Positions 1 through 9,579 of a stretch of 64,000 nt of DNA are shown here, piece after piece. The notes below the pieces were generated by a model. That model saw only the letters and a program-made list of their open reading frames with translations. It was not told the origin of the DNA and ran no database searches. Position numbers and translations under genes: made by a program. The first letter of the stretch is position 1, and each line of letters starts with the position of its first letter. The stretch comes from Candidatus Latescibacterota bacterium (GTDB lineage Bacteria; Latescibacterota; UBA2968): NCBI GenBank assembly GCA_965204745.1, contig OZ242010.1:288001-352000 (forward strand). Reading direction: 5' to 3'.

Positions 1-560
1 ACGAGGCCCAAGCAAAAATAGGCCATCAACCCGCCCAAGCTCTTGCCGGCAATGGCCTCCTGAATTTCCTCTAATTCCCCAAAATTCTCCGCGCCTTGCG
101 AGTTCTTTCTCGTCGCGTAAGCAAACGCGGTATAGGCCACGAAGAGCACCACCAGCACGCCGCCTTCCAATCGCCCCAATGTGCCGTCAAACGCCATCGC
201 ATACGCGACCACATCTACAATGATCAAAAAAATACCCGTCGTCTTCAACAAATACGGATTGATGCCAATGGCAGCGGGCGCGACCAATGCGCCTAGGCCC
301 AGCGCGACCCCATCATCGACGATCACGGACCCCACCGCATTGCCCAGCGCGATTTCGGGTTTGCCCTCAAAGGCGGACATCACGGAAACCGCCAATTCGG
401 GCGACGTCGTCGCCAAACTCATCAGCACGATGCCGATCAGCATCTTGGGCACGTTGAAATATTCGGCGATACCCACCGCGCCGTCGACGAACCAGTTTGC
501 ACATTTTGCCAACACGGCAAAGCACAAAATCAAAATCCCTACATCAGCCCAAATACCCAC
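1..560 (-). CDS. Calcium/sodium antiporter (CaCA/YrbG family), 5' part; runs off the window
   Basis: Manual translation from GTG at 560 (AGGAGG upstream): MGIWADVGILILCFAVLAKCANWFVDGAVGIAEYFNVPKMLIGIVLMSLATTSPELAVS...GNAVGS, the alpha-1 repeat motifs (TSxPE, GNxxGS). Confidence 0.85.
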   Translation of the reverse strand, partial: MGIWADVGILILCFAVLAKCANWFVDGAVGIAEYFNVPKMLIGIVLMSLATTSPELAVSVMSAFEGKPEIALGNAVGSVIVDDGVALGLGALVAPAAIGINPYLLKTTGIFLIIVDVVAYAMAFDGTLGRLEGGVLVVLFVAYTAFAYATRKNSQGAENFGELEEIQEAIAGKSLGGLMAYFCLGL

Positions 561-695
561 GATACCTCCTGTGTCGTTGTCAAGCCGCAACTCTGCTCAT
601 CCACCCTGCCGCCCGTGCGTGCCCGTCCCATCACCGCCCTACCGCAAGCCCTATCCCCAAGTAAGAGGCAAGAAGTAAGATACTCTCTTAAAAGG

Positions 696-1703
696 TCAAG
701 GGGTTTTCGGGGTGATTCGATAGAATTTCTCGCCCTCAAAATCTTGGTCATGCCGCAACATGCCCCAGATCGAATGGAGCAACTTTCGCATCACCGCAAC
801 GATAGCCTGCAAAGGTTTCTTGCCCCTGGCGATGAGTTTGTCATAAAAGGCTTTGACATGGACTTCGTGCCTGCAGGCCACCCAAGCAGGCATGTAGAGG
901 GCATGGCGGAGATATTTATTTCCGGTTTTCGAGATGCGTCTTTCCGGGTTGGCCATCCCGGATTGTTTGGGTTTGGGATCCAGGCCTGCATGAGCGACCC
1001 ATTGGGGCGGTTCCATCCCGTCTGGCAAGGAGGCCAGCTCGGCCAAGAGCCGCAAGGCACTCGTTTGGGCGATACCGGGCACCGAGCAGAGGTGCTGGTA
1101 GGCACGCTTTTGAGTCTCGTCCTGCAAAACGAGTTTGAGGGCTTGGTCTTCCAAGTAGGCAATGCGGCGTTTGAGGTGTCGAATATTCACCTGAATATCG
1201 CGTGTGATGAGGCGGGCACGCTTGACGGGGTAGTCCTGCGCGTGGTGCCGGTTCTGTTCTCGGCTGACCTCCTGTTTGAGTTGGTCAATGCGTCTGGTCA
1301 GCGTTTGCAGTTGCAGGACGTGCTCGCTCGGCACTTGCCAAGGCACAAAGGGCATGCGCTCGGCATCATCGAGGATCAACAACGCATCCTTCGCATCTGT
1401 CTTTGCCCGTTGCATGCAGGCTTGAGCGTACTTGCTCATCGCTTTGGGATTGACGACCATGACCTGCGTGCAGCGATGCTGATGCAAGGCCAAGGCCACC
1501 CCCAAGCTATAACGCCCGGTCGCTTCGAGACAGACCGAGACCATGCGCCCGCCCTTGGTGAGCCACTTCAACAGGTGCTTGTGCGCCCGAGGCGCGTTGT
1601 CAAAGGTGGCTTGCATGACCCCTTGTCCGGGTCTGGACAGGGCAACGGACAACGTGTGGGCACTGACATCAATGCCGGCAAAAGCGGGTTGAGTGTTCGA
1701 CAT
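696..1703 (-). CDS. IS110 family transposase/recombinase (DEDD RuvC-like + Transposase_20)
   Basis: GIDVS, CLEATG and KTDAKDA (DEDD); HAGLDP..KQSG (catalytic Ser region); ISKTGNKYLR; AVMRKL. 335 aa. Confidence 0.97.
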   Translation of the reverse strand: MSNTQPAFAGIDVSAHTLSVALSRPGQGVMQATFDNAPRAHKHLLKWLTKGGRMVSVCLEATGRYSLGVALALHQHRCTQVMVVNPKAMSKYAQACMQRAKTDAKDALLILDDAERMPFVPWQVPSEHVLQLQTLTRRIDQLKQEVSREQNRHHAQDYPVKRARLITRDIQVNIRHLKRRIAYLEDQALKLVLQDETQKRAYQHLCSVPGIAQTSALRLLAELASLPDGMEPPQWVAHAGLDPKPKQSGMANPERRISKTGNKYLRHALYMPAWVACRHEVHVKAFYDKLIARGKKPLQAIVAVMRKLLHSIWGMLRHDQDFEGEKFYRITPKTP

Positions 1704-1774
1704 CGGGGCCTCCTGTGATGAGGGGTGGGGAAGGGGTCTGGTGTGCGCTCGGGTTCGCGTCCCGACTGTTTGCC

Positions 1775-1950
1775 CAGTCTACCGGTCTTGTATATGCAGC
1801 CTCAATGGACTTAGATACTCTTCGGTATCAACTCGGCGGTCGGGGGGCCTATCTTACTTACAAGGTCATAGCCTTCAAGAGGCGCCGGCCTTCCCCGAGC
1901 AGGGCATCAAGATGGCGTGTCTCGATGCGAGGGCGCAACACCTAAATTAA
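1775..1950 (-). ncRNA. Putative bridge RNA of IS110 copy 1 (boundaries approximate)
   Basis: Guide segments in canonical 5'-3' order on the minus strand: LTG 1877-1884, RTG 1852-1859, LDG 1813-1821, RDG 1786-1793. Each pair flanks a small hairpin and is enclosed by an outer stem. Confidence 0.85.
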
Positions 1951-2050
1951 CCCTTTCTGACAACATACAAGAGGCGAGACCGGCCCACAACCCTACCTCC
2001 GCTTCATCGTTCCCCTGCGCTGTGTCCTCTGCACGCCCTGCCGCCATAGC

Positions 2051-2455
2051 CCTATCCCCCCGGCCCCGTTATTCGCTTCGCTCATTGTAGGCTACGCCTG
2101 TGCCTACAAGGAAAGGGGGAGCGCATGGCTTTCTTAAAGGTTTGTATCCCTGGCTGTTCTGATGGCTTTGAGCGAATGGATCATGCCATGAACCCCAAAA
2201 ACCTCTCATGCAAATCCCTCGCAAAACCTCTCGCTATTCCCCCCTTCCTCGCAAGACCTATCCCCCCGGCCCCCTTTCCTACAAGGAAAGGGGGAGCGCA
2301 TGGCTTTCTTAAAGGTTTGTATCCCTGGCTGTTCTGATGGCTTTGAGCGAATGGATCATGCCATGAACCCCAAAAACCTCTCATGCAAATCCCTCGCAAA
2401 ACCTCTCGCTATTCCCCCCTTCCTCGCAGGAAGGGGGGCTAGGGGGGTAGGTCCC
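2051..2455. repeat. Tandem pair of ~200-bp MITE-like repeat family A
   Basis: Two near-identical units (2051-2254, 2255-2455). Ends (GGA)CCTATCCCCCC...GGGGGGTAGGTCCC; sub-terminal hairpin CCCCCTTTCCT-ACA-AGGAAAGGGGG. Confidence 0.85.
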
Positions 2456-2464
2456 AATTCCGCC

Positions 2465-4768
2465 CTATTCATTCACAATTCGCGCGACCCAGATGCTGGC
2501 TTCGTATAAAACGACGAGGGGCAGGGCCATGAGAAGTTGGGACAGGGGATCGGGGGGGGTCAAAATGGCGGCGAGGACGAAGCCGATCAAAATCGCGTAC
2601 CGCCGTCCGGTTCGCATGCGGGAACTGGTGGCAATGCCCACCTTTGCCAAGAAGAATGTCACCACCGGCAATTCGAACACCAGCCCAAAAACCACGATGA
2701 GGCGCAACACGAAGCCGATGTACATGCCGATGTCGAATTGCGGCATCACGGCCGTATCAACCGTCATGCCCACGAAAAACGCGATGGCCAACGGGATGAC
2801 CAGCCAGTACGCCAAAACCGCACCCACGGCAAAACAAGCGGTGGAAGACGCGATCACAAAGGTGATGAACCGCCGCTCGCCTGCAAACAGGCCGGGGGAG
2901 ACGAAGATCCAGATTTGGTACATCAAAAAGGGCAGGGCGATAATCGCGCCGCCCACCAGCACGATTTCCAACTTGACCATGAACATGCCCATGGGCTTGA
3001 GGGTTTGCAACACGAGCGCGTTTTCCTCGGTTCGCGCCGGGTGGATCAGCAAGGCTAAGATGTCATTGACGAAAATCCCGCACGCGACCGCGCCTGCGAT
3101 AATCGCGCTCAACCCCTTGAGAATGCGCCACCGCAGTTCCTCCAAGTGATCGAGAAAGGGCATGGGCTTGCCGTCCTCTGGCAATTCCCGATCCGGCGGC
3201 GCTAGCGCGGGCACCGTGCCCTTGGGCCGCGCGCGCTCTTCGGCGGCTTTGTCGCGGCGGCGGATGAACGCGAGTGCCAAGCCCATCAGCGCGATCAGGC
3301 CGCACCCTTGTGCGAACAAATCCCCGAACCGCACATAGAGCGTCAGATCCTTGCGCGGCGCGATGGCGCGTTCTAAAACCGCCGTGTGAAACAGCCCGGT
3401 GTTTTGCCATTGCCGCCCGTGCGGATCGACGAATAAGGACATCCCGGTATTGGCACAGCGCACCACCCAACGCCGGTTTTCAATGGCCCTGAAGGTCGCT
3501 ATCGCCGCGTGTTGATACGGCGCGGAGGTGCGCTTGTACCACCCGTCATTGGTAATCACCACCAAGAACTCCGCGCCGTGCATCACCAGTTCTCGGGCGA
3601 GCCAAGGGAACGCGGAATCAAAGCAAATTACGCCGGAGAACCTTCCCCCCGGCACTGTGAAAACCGTGCGGTCAACCCCGCCTTCAAAATCCCCGCTGAC
3701 GTATCCCCCGCCGCTCCATCGAATATCGCGCAAGAACCCGAGCACCTCGGGAAATGGCGCGCGCTCTCCAAACGGCACGACCTTCACCTTGTCGTAATGC
3801 GGCAACTCGCCCCCACCCGGTTTGAACAAAAAGGACGAATTGTAATGCCGGTCTCGCGTTGCGGCTTCGTACCGGTTGGCCCCTGTGTACAGATAAATCC
3901 CCAGGGAATCGACCAATGCCTGCACGCGCGCTTGGTACGTAGCGTCGTGCCAGGGCCGATCGCTTTGCAAGTACGCGGGCACCGCGGCCTCTGACCACAC
4001 GATCAACCGCGCCCCTGTTTTTGCCGCGTCGATGGTCAGGGGTTTGAGCGCGTCAAAATTGTGGTCGAATCCCCAGTGCGATTTCTCGACCGGCGAGACA
4101 TTTTGTTGTACGATAGCGACGTTGAGATCGCCTTCTGCGAGGGGTTCTGATGCGCGCCACAAGCCGAATCCCAAAGGCGCTGCGAATGCCGAGACGAGCA
4201 CCCCGATCATGGGGCCGCGCCGCGCATTTCGGATGATCTCGTACGCGATGAGATTGACCACCACCACCCAAAACGACACGCCATAGACGCCCGTGACTTC
4301 GGCAATTTGGATCAGCGGCAAATAATCCACTTGGGAATGCCCGAGCACCATCCACGGAAACCCCATATCGCCGAGGGTGTTGAAATACTCAAACCCCACC
4401 CACGCGAAGGGCGTTAGCCACAGCCCCAGCCAGCCATAGCGCGCCCACATAGCGGACCACAAATAGACGAACAACCCCCTAAAAACCGCCATGTAAAAAA
4501 TGGCCCCGGCCATCCCCGGCGGCGTGATCCACGCGATCCAATAGATGGTCGCGCTGTAAAAGATGATGCCCTGCAAAAACCCCGCGCCAAATGCCACGCG
4601 GCCGCGCAGGTTCTCGGCAACCGGAATGAGGGGCAACAAACTGATGCACGCCAGAAACCCGAGTGGCAAGGGCGGAAATGCCGCGGCCATCAGCACGCCG
4701 GATAAGATGGGATAGCCGAGGGCCAACCTCCAACGCGATGTTTTGTCCTGTTTTGTTTTGTCTGCCAT
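2465..4768 (-). CDS. lnt-tatC: Apolipoprotein N-acyltransferase fused to TatC
   Basis: Lnt motifs (GFPW, WSE, YDK...VPFGE, ICFDS, TNDGW, RAIENRR, ANTG), then a Pro-rich linker, then TatC motifs (MPFLDHLEELR, PGL, FELP, TPPDPLSQ) in one 767-aa ORF. Confidence 0.92.
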   Translation of the reverse strand: MADKTKQDKTSRWRLALGYPILSGVLMAAAFPPLPLGFLACISLLPLIPVAENLRGRVAFGAGFLQGIIFYSATIYWIAWITPPGMAGAIFYMAVFRGLFVYLWSAMWARYGWLGLWLTPFAWVGFEYFNTLGDMGFPWMVLGHSQVDYLPLIQIAEVTGVYGVSFWVVVVNLIAYEIIRNARRGPMIGVLVSAFAAPLGFGLWRASEPLAEGDLNVAIVQQNVSPVEKSHWGFDHNFDALKPLTIDAAKTGARLIVWSEAAVPAYLQSDRPWHDATYQARVQALVDSLGIYLYTGANRYEAATRDRHYNSSFLFKPGGGELPHYDKVKVVPFGERAPFPEVLGFLRDIRWSGGGYVSGDFEGGVDRTVFTVPGGRFSGVICFDSAFPWLARELVMHGAEFLVVITNDGWYKRTSAPYQHAAIATFRAIENRRWVVRCANTGMSLFVDPHGRQWQNTGLFHTAVLERAIAPRKDLTLYVRFGDLFAQGCGLIALMGLALAFIRRRDKAAEERARPKGTVPALAPPDRELPEDGKPMPFLDHLEELRWRILKGLSAIIAGAVACGIFVNDILALLIHPARTEENALVLQTLKPMGMFMVKLEIVLVGGAIIALPFLMYQIWIFVSPGLFAGERRFITFVIASSTACFAVGAVLAYWLVIPLAIAFFVGMTVDTAVMPQFDIGMYIGFVLRLIVVFGLVFELPVVTFFLAKVGIATSSRMRTGRRYAILIGFVLAAILTPPDPLSQLLMALPLVVLYEASIWVARIVNE

Positions 4769-4871
4769 TACGGTAGGGGGAAGTCAGATAAATCTGTATT
4801 GCGAAAAGTACGAAGATTGCAGAATATAAATGAGGGTCAAATTTCTGTCAGCAAAAAAAGGGGTATCGCCC

Positions 4872-6044
4872 ATGTTGCCCGATCTCCGTTTTGAACTTCG
4901 CGCCTTGCACGCGCAAAATCTCTACCGCACCGTGCGCCGCGTGGAATCTTGCCAAGAACCCCGCATTCGCATGGACGGCCGGGAACTCGTGCTCTTTTGC
5001 ACAAACAACTATTTGGGCCTGGCCAACCATCCGGCCCTCAAACGCGCGGCCATTGACGCGGTCGCGGCGTACGGCAACAGCACCGCGGCGTCCGCGTTGA
5101 TTTCTGGCTATATGACCCCACACGCCGAACTCGAAGACCGCATGGCTCGGTTTTTGGGCACAGAAGCCGCGATTGCATTTCCCACGGGGTACACGGCCAA
5201 CCTAGGGGTTATTCCCGCGCTGATCGACCGCGACGACATCATCTTCAGCGACCGCTTGAACCACCGCAGCATCATCGACGGTTGCCGCTTGTCGCGCGCG
5301 CGCATCGCGGTCTATGACCATAGCGACATCGCCCACCTCGAATCCCTGCTCAAAACCGCGACCACCTATCGCCGCCGCCTCATCGTCACGGATGGGGTCT
5401 TTTCAATGGATGGGGACATCGCCCCCTTGCCGGAACTCGTCTCCCTCGCCGAACGCTATCGCGCCATCTTGATGGTGGATGATGCCCACGCGACCGGCGC
5501 GCTCGGCCCGCATGGCCGCGGCACCTTTGACCACTTTGGCCTGTCGCCCGCCGCGATTGACATTCACATGACCTCGGGTAGCAAGGCCCTGGGCGCGTCT
5601 GGGGGATTTATCTGCGGCAGCGAGGAGCTCATCGACCTGATTCGCAACCGATCCGCGGCCTATATTTACACGACCGCGATGCCGCCCGACGCCTGTGCCG
5701 CCACCACGGCCGCGCTCGACCTCATCCAACGCGATGCCAGTTCGCGCCACCGGCTTTGGCACAACGCACAACGCATCCGCGCCCGGTTGCAAGCGATGGG
5801 CTTTGACCTCGCGCCCTCGCAAACGCAGATCATGCCCTTGCACATCGGCGACGCGCAACAGACCGTTGCGATTTCCGAGTACCTGTACGCGCGCGGCATC
5901 TACCTCTACGGCATCCGCCCGCCCACCGTGCCCGAGGGCCAAAGCCGCCTGCGCCTCTCGGTGATGGCAACGCATACCGAAGACGACATGGCGCAGTTGT
6001 TCGACGCGCTGGCCGCGGCGCGCCGGGCGTTTTTTGTTCCATAA
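4872..6044 (+). CDS. bioF: 8-amino-7-oxononanoate synthase (class II PLP aminotransferase)
   Basis: FCTNNYLGLANHP, TGYTAN, SDRLNHRSIIDG, TDGVFSMDGD, DDAHATG, SKALG, IRPPTVP. Confidence 0.85.
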   Translation: MLPDLRFELRALHAQNLYRTVRRVESCQEPRIRMDGRELVLFCTNNYLGLANHPALKRAAIDAVAAYGNSTAASALISGYMTPHAELEDRMARFLGTEAAIAFPTGYTANLGVIPALIDRDDIIFSDRLNHRSIIDGCRLSRARIAVYDHSDIAHLESLLKTATTYRRRLIVTDGVFSMDGDIAPLPELVSLAERYRAILMVDDAHATGALGPHGRGTFDHFGLSPAAIDIHMTSGSKALGASGGFICGSEELIDLIRNRSAAYIYTTAMPPDACAATTAALDLIQRDASSRHRLWHNAQRIRARLQAMGFDLAPSQTQIMPLHIGDAQQTVAISEYLYARGIYLYGIRPPTVPEGQSRLRLSVMATHTEDDMAQLFDALAAARRAFFVP

Positions 6045-6065
6045 TGAGAGGCGGTCATCGTGATC

Positions 6066-6812
6066 ATGTCCAATACGCTCGACCACATCCGCATCGTCTT
6101 GGTCGAGCCCAAAGAACCCGGCAACATCGGCGCGGTGGCGCGGGCCATGAAAAATACGGGCCTGTCGCGCCTGTACCTCGTCAACCCGGCCGACCATACC
6201 AGCGGCGCGGCACGCGCCATGGCCCACGGCTCTGGCGATATCCTCTACGGCGCCACCGTCGTCTCCTGCCTGTCCGCCGCGCTGGAAGACGTGTCGCTCG
6301 CCGTGGGCACGTCCCATCGCAAACGCCGCGAATTTGACATCGTACACCCGCCGCAAATCGCTGTGGAAAAACTCTTGTCCCTGCCCGAAAATCACCTGGG
6401 CGCGCTCGTTTTTGGCCGGGAGGAAAACGGCTTGACCAATGACGAAATCCAGTTGTGCCAGATGATCTCGCGCATTCCCTCGGCCGTGCGCTATCCGTCC
6501 CTCAACCTATCTCAAGCCACCCTGATCTACGGGTACGAACTCTTTTGCGCGGCCCATTCCGAAACGCCCTACAAACCCGCCGCTTCGGATTTGGCGACCC
6601 ACCGCGAACTCGAATCCATGTACGACCACATGCAATCCGCGCTGGATAAACTCGGCTTTGTCTCGCGCCACCGCCCGCAGACCTTCATCCGCTCCATCCG
6701 CCGAATTTTCAACCGCATCGACATGGAACACCGAGACGTGGCGACCGTCCATCGCCTCTTTCGCCAGATAGACCGCTTCGTCGCCCGGCATGGGTTGGAT
6801 GAGGAGCAGTAG
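6066..6812 (+). CDS. trmJ: SPOUT RNA methyltransferase, TrmJ/LasT family
   Basis: IVLVEPKEPGNIGAVARAMKN, VFGREENGLTNDE, YPSLNLSQA. Start could be 6060-6066. Confidence 0.9.
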   Translation: MSNTLDHIRIVLVEPKEPGNIGAVARAMKNTGLSRLYLVNPADHTSGAARAMAHGSGDILYGATVVSCLSAALEDVSLAVGTSHRKRREFDIVHPPQIAVEKLLSLPENHLGALVFGREENGLTNDEIQLCQMISRIPSAVRYPSLNLSQATLIYGYELFCAAHSETPYKPAASDLATHRELESMYDHMQSALDKLGFVSRHRPQTFIRSIRRIFNRIDMEHRDVATVHRLFRQIDRFVARHGLDEEQ

Positions 6813-6893
6813 TCAGTAGTCAGTAGTCAGTAGTCAGTAGTCAGTAGTCAGTAGTCAGTAGTCAGTAGTCAGTAGTCAGTGGTCAGTGGTCAG
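6807..6893. repeat. Heptamer tandem array (CAGTAGT)10(CAGTGGT)2
   Basis: Directly visible; overlaps the trmJ stop codon. Confidence 0.97.
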
Positions 6894-7003
6894 GTCGTGT
6901 TGACATTTGCGAGCCATGCAACTGGCTTGAGTGGTTTATCAAGAAAATCAAGCCCTATCGCAGGATATGCTCTCGGTTTGAGAAACTGGGACAGTCGTTC
7001 CTT
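6892..7003 (+). pseudogene. IS5-family transposase remnant (end-like sequence plus C-terminal fragment)
   Basis: Translates ..NWLEWFIKKIKPYRRICSRFEKLGQSFL, resembling the IS5 Y-R-E-K C-terminal motif. Preceded by GGTCGTGTTGACATTT. Confidence 0.65.
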
Positions 7004-7006
7004 ATC

Positions 7007-7229
7007 GGGACCTACCCCCCTAGCCCCCCTTCCTTAGAGGAAGGGGGAACGAGGATCGGTTTTGCGAGGGGATGAGGTGAGGGATTTTTAATCGCTTTAT
7101 GCCCTCGCGCAACGCCATCAGAGCAACCAGAGCTCTAAGCCATCAAAGGCGCTTTACTCCCCTTTCCTTGTAGGCACAGGCGTAGCCTACAATGAGCGAA
7201 GCGAATAACGGGGCCGGGGGATAGGTCCC
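7007..7229. repeat. MITE-like repeat family A, inverted diverged copy
   Basis: Terminal inverted repeats GGGACCTACCCCC / GGGGGATAGGTCCC; internal similarity to 2051-2455. Confidence 0.8.
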
Positions 7230-7416
7230 CTCGCGCTCGCAATTTTGCAACGGGCATTTTAGAAGCGGTTTTAATTTTTTGGGACATATCCCCCTATCCT
7301 ACGCGGATGGGGGGAATTTGTTTTTCGCGTTGTGGATTGTCGATGTTTTGCTTGCCCCCGAGCGATCTGCGTAGTACGTTACGCGGAACCGTATCGACCC
7401 ATTGAAGGAGTTGGCT

Positions 7417-8544
7417 ATGCGCGAACTGATGATTATTGACGGGCATCTCGACATGGCGTACAACGCGCTGTTTTACCGGCGCGACCTCACGCAACCCATC
7501 TATACATTGCGCGAGCGCGAAGACAGTCGCGTGGGGGGCTCGTCCGCCCATCCGGATTCGCTGGACCAACGGCGAGGGCCACAGCCCAAGCGGTTCACGC
7601 CAACGGTGTGTTTGCCCGAAATGCGAAAAGGGCGCGTGGGCATCATGCTGTCGACGATTATGTGTCGCGTGCAAAATCCGCAGGACAACCGGCACAATAC
7701 GGTGCGAACCCAAGACGTGGCCTACGCGCGCGGGCAATCCCATCTCGCTTATTACCGCGCGTTGGAACAACGCGGAGAAATTCGATTTATCACGTCTATC
7801 GCCGATCTCAACGCCTGTGTTGCAGACTGGGAAAACCCATCTGACCGCACGCCTGTGGGATTGATTTTGTCGATGGAAAGCGCGGATCCGATTCTCGATC
7901 CCGATCAGGTGGACGAATGGCATGCGGCCGGGTTGCGATCCGTGTCGCTAACGCATTTTGGCGCGAATACGTACGGGCATGGCACGGGCACGGCGGGCGG
8001 GTTGTACCCCCCTGCGTACGCGCTGATGGACGCCCTATCCGAGACCGACATCGCGCTGGATCTCACGCATGCGGCGGATCTCACCTTCTGGCAGATTTTG
8101 GCGTATTGGAAAGGGCCCGTGCATGCCAGCCATTGCAACTGCCGCGCTTTGGTGCCGGGGCAACGGCATTTGTCGGACGATATGATCCGCGCGATTACGG
8201 ACCGCGGGGGCGTGCTCGGCATGGTCTTCGCCGAGCAGATGTTGTCTCCTGCGTGGGATTGGGACGACCCGCGCACGCACTATGCCACGGCGACCCGGCC
8301 GATGCGGGCCGTGCTCGAACACGTCGATCACATCTGCGAACTCACGGGCAGCACCGATCACGTCGCTTATGGCACGGACCTCGACGGCGGCTTTGGGCTA
8401 GAACTCTCGCCCACCGATTATCACACCATCGCCGATTTGCAACGCTTTTTGTCGCTCATGCGCGATCACGGGTACGGAGAAGACGACATAGCCGGGTTTG
8501 CCCACGGGAATTTGATTCGGTTTTTCACCGAGGCTTGGCACTGA
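7417..8544 (+). CDS. Membrane dipeptidase (peptidase M19 family)
   Basis: IDGHLD, SMESAD, SLTH, DLTH, ASHCN, GTDLDGG; AAGGAG RBS. Confidence 0.9.
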   Translation: MRELMIIDGHLDMAYNALFYRRDLTQPIYTLREREDSRVGGSSAHPDSLDQRRGPQPKRFTPTVCLPEMRKGRVGIMLSTIMCRVQNPQDNRHNTVRTQDVAYARGQSHLAYYRALEQRGEIRFITSIADLNACVADWENPSDRTPVGLILSMESADPILDPDQVDEWHAAGLRSVSLTHFGANTYGHGTGTAGGLYPPAYALMDALSETDIALDLTHAADLTFWQILAYWKGPVHASHCNCRALVPGQRHLSDDMIRAITDRGGVLGMVFAEQMLSPAWDWDDPRTHYATATRPMRAVLEHVDHICELTGSTDHVAYGTDLDGGFGLELSPTDYHTIADLQRFLSLMRDHGYGEDDIAGFAHGNLIRFFTEAWH

Positions 8545-8580
8545 TCAAGTCTGCAATAAATCCAAGCCCGCAGTGGTTGA

Positions 8581-8856
8581 AGGGTGGGGCAGGGACTGAC
8601 CACTGACTACTGACCACTTGAGCGGGATAGCGCGGCTACCTTCTCTCCTCTTGTATCTTTGCACGGGGGCATCGCCCCTACACACTGCTCGCCTTTGAAC
8701 GGGCTATCGCTAGTTGAGTTGTACCCTTTTTGTGCCTTTTGTGCCTTTGAACTGGCTGTCGCCAGTTGTACCCCGCTCGTGGCTAAACTTCCATCTTACC
8801 TCTCCCGTCTTACCTCTCACCGAAGGGGGTTGGGCGGGGCGGAAACTGACCACTGC
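8581..8856. repeat. Composite intergenic repeat (ACTGACN tail + REP-like + family B + TCTNNNN heptamers)
   Basis: Modules shared with 37505-37746, 47794-47845 and 57207-57450, including hairpin AACTGGC-TGTC-GCCAGTT. Confidence 0.8.
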
Positions 8857-8859
8857 CTT

Positions 8860-9579
8860 ATGAAAATTGCACACATCTCCGACTTCCATCTCCGTCACCA
8901 TCTCCCCGATGGCGATGGCGAGATGGCGAACCTCATTTCTGAAGCCGTGCGTCAACTCGCCGCGCACGCGCCCGATTTGGTCGTTGTGACCGGTGATTTG
9001 GTCCACTATCCCCTCGACGCATTGGACGACCCGGCTACGGTCGCGTTGGGAGAAAAGGATCTCTGCCTCGTGCGCGAATGTTTTGCTCGCCTCACTTGCC
9101 CGGTCGCTTATGTGTATGGCAACCACGATCACCCCGCGTCTTTTCGCCGCATTTTTTGCGATTTTGAGTTCGATGCCGCTGGCTTTCGCGTGATCGCGTT
9201 TTTAGACGATGAAGGGGATCACCACGTTCCGCAGCGCGTGGGGGCGGAATTGGATCGGTTTTACGCCGTGGTGTCAGATGCTGATCCGCGTCCACAAATT
9301 CACTTGCAACACTATCCGATCGCGCCCGAATGCGATGGGGAGTATCCGTTTAACTACGGCAATGCCGCTGCGTTGAAAGCCGCGCTACTCGCGGATGCGC
9401 GGCCCAAACTCGTTCTCAGCGGGCATTATCACGAGGGCGTGCCGCTCATGGCTGAAGACCATGTCTATTTTGCCACGGCCCGCGCTTTTCGCGATCCGCC
9501 CCATCCCTATTGCCTGTACGCGGTGGCAGACGCGCATATCACGCAGACCCATTACACCTTGCGCCCGGAGTGTAGATGA
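8860..9579 (+). CDS. Metallophosphoesterase (calcineurin-like, CpdA-like)
   Basis: ISDFH, TGDLV, GNHD, SGHYH. Confidence 0.9.
   Translation: MKIAHISDFHLRHHLPDGDGEMANLISEAVRQLAAHAPDLVVVTGDLVHYPLDALDDPATVALGEKDLCLVRECFARLTCPVAYVYGNHDHPASFRRIFCDFEFDAAGFRVIAFLDDEGDHHVPQRVGAELDRFYAVVSDADPRPQIHLQHYPIAPECDGEYPFNYGNAAALKAALLADARPKLVLSGHYHEGVPLMAEDHVYFATARAFRDPPHPYCLYAVADAHITQTHYTLRPECR

Larger units (their letters stand above)
677..1972 (-). mobile_element. IS110-family insertion sequence, copy 1
   Basis: Similarity to copy 2 starts at AAGATACTCTCTTAAAAGG and ends at ATACAAGA. AAGA (TCTT on -) is present at both junctions (677-680, 1969-1972). No TIRs. Removing the element restores a heptamer array. 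Confidence 0.92.

Noticed and set aside
615-1718. Long + strand ORFs over both IS110s (also 43708-44874)
   Set aside because: Antisense shadows of the transposases with no recognisable motifs.
2125-2509. Repeated small ORFs MAFLKVCIPGCSDG (also near 48080 and 51550)
   Set aside because: They arise from repeat family A; start and C-terminal frames are not conserved between copies.
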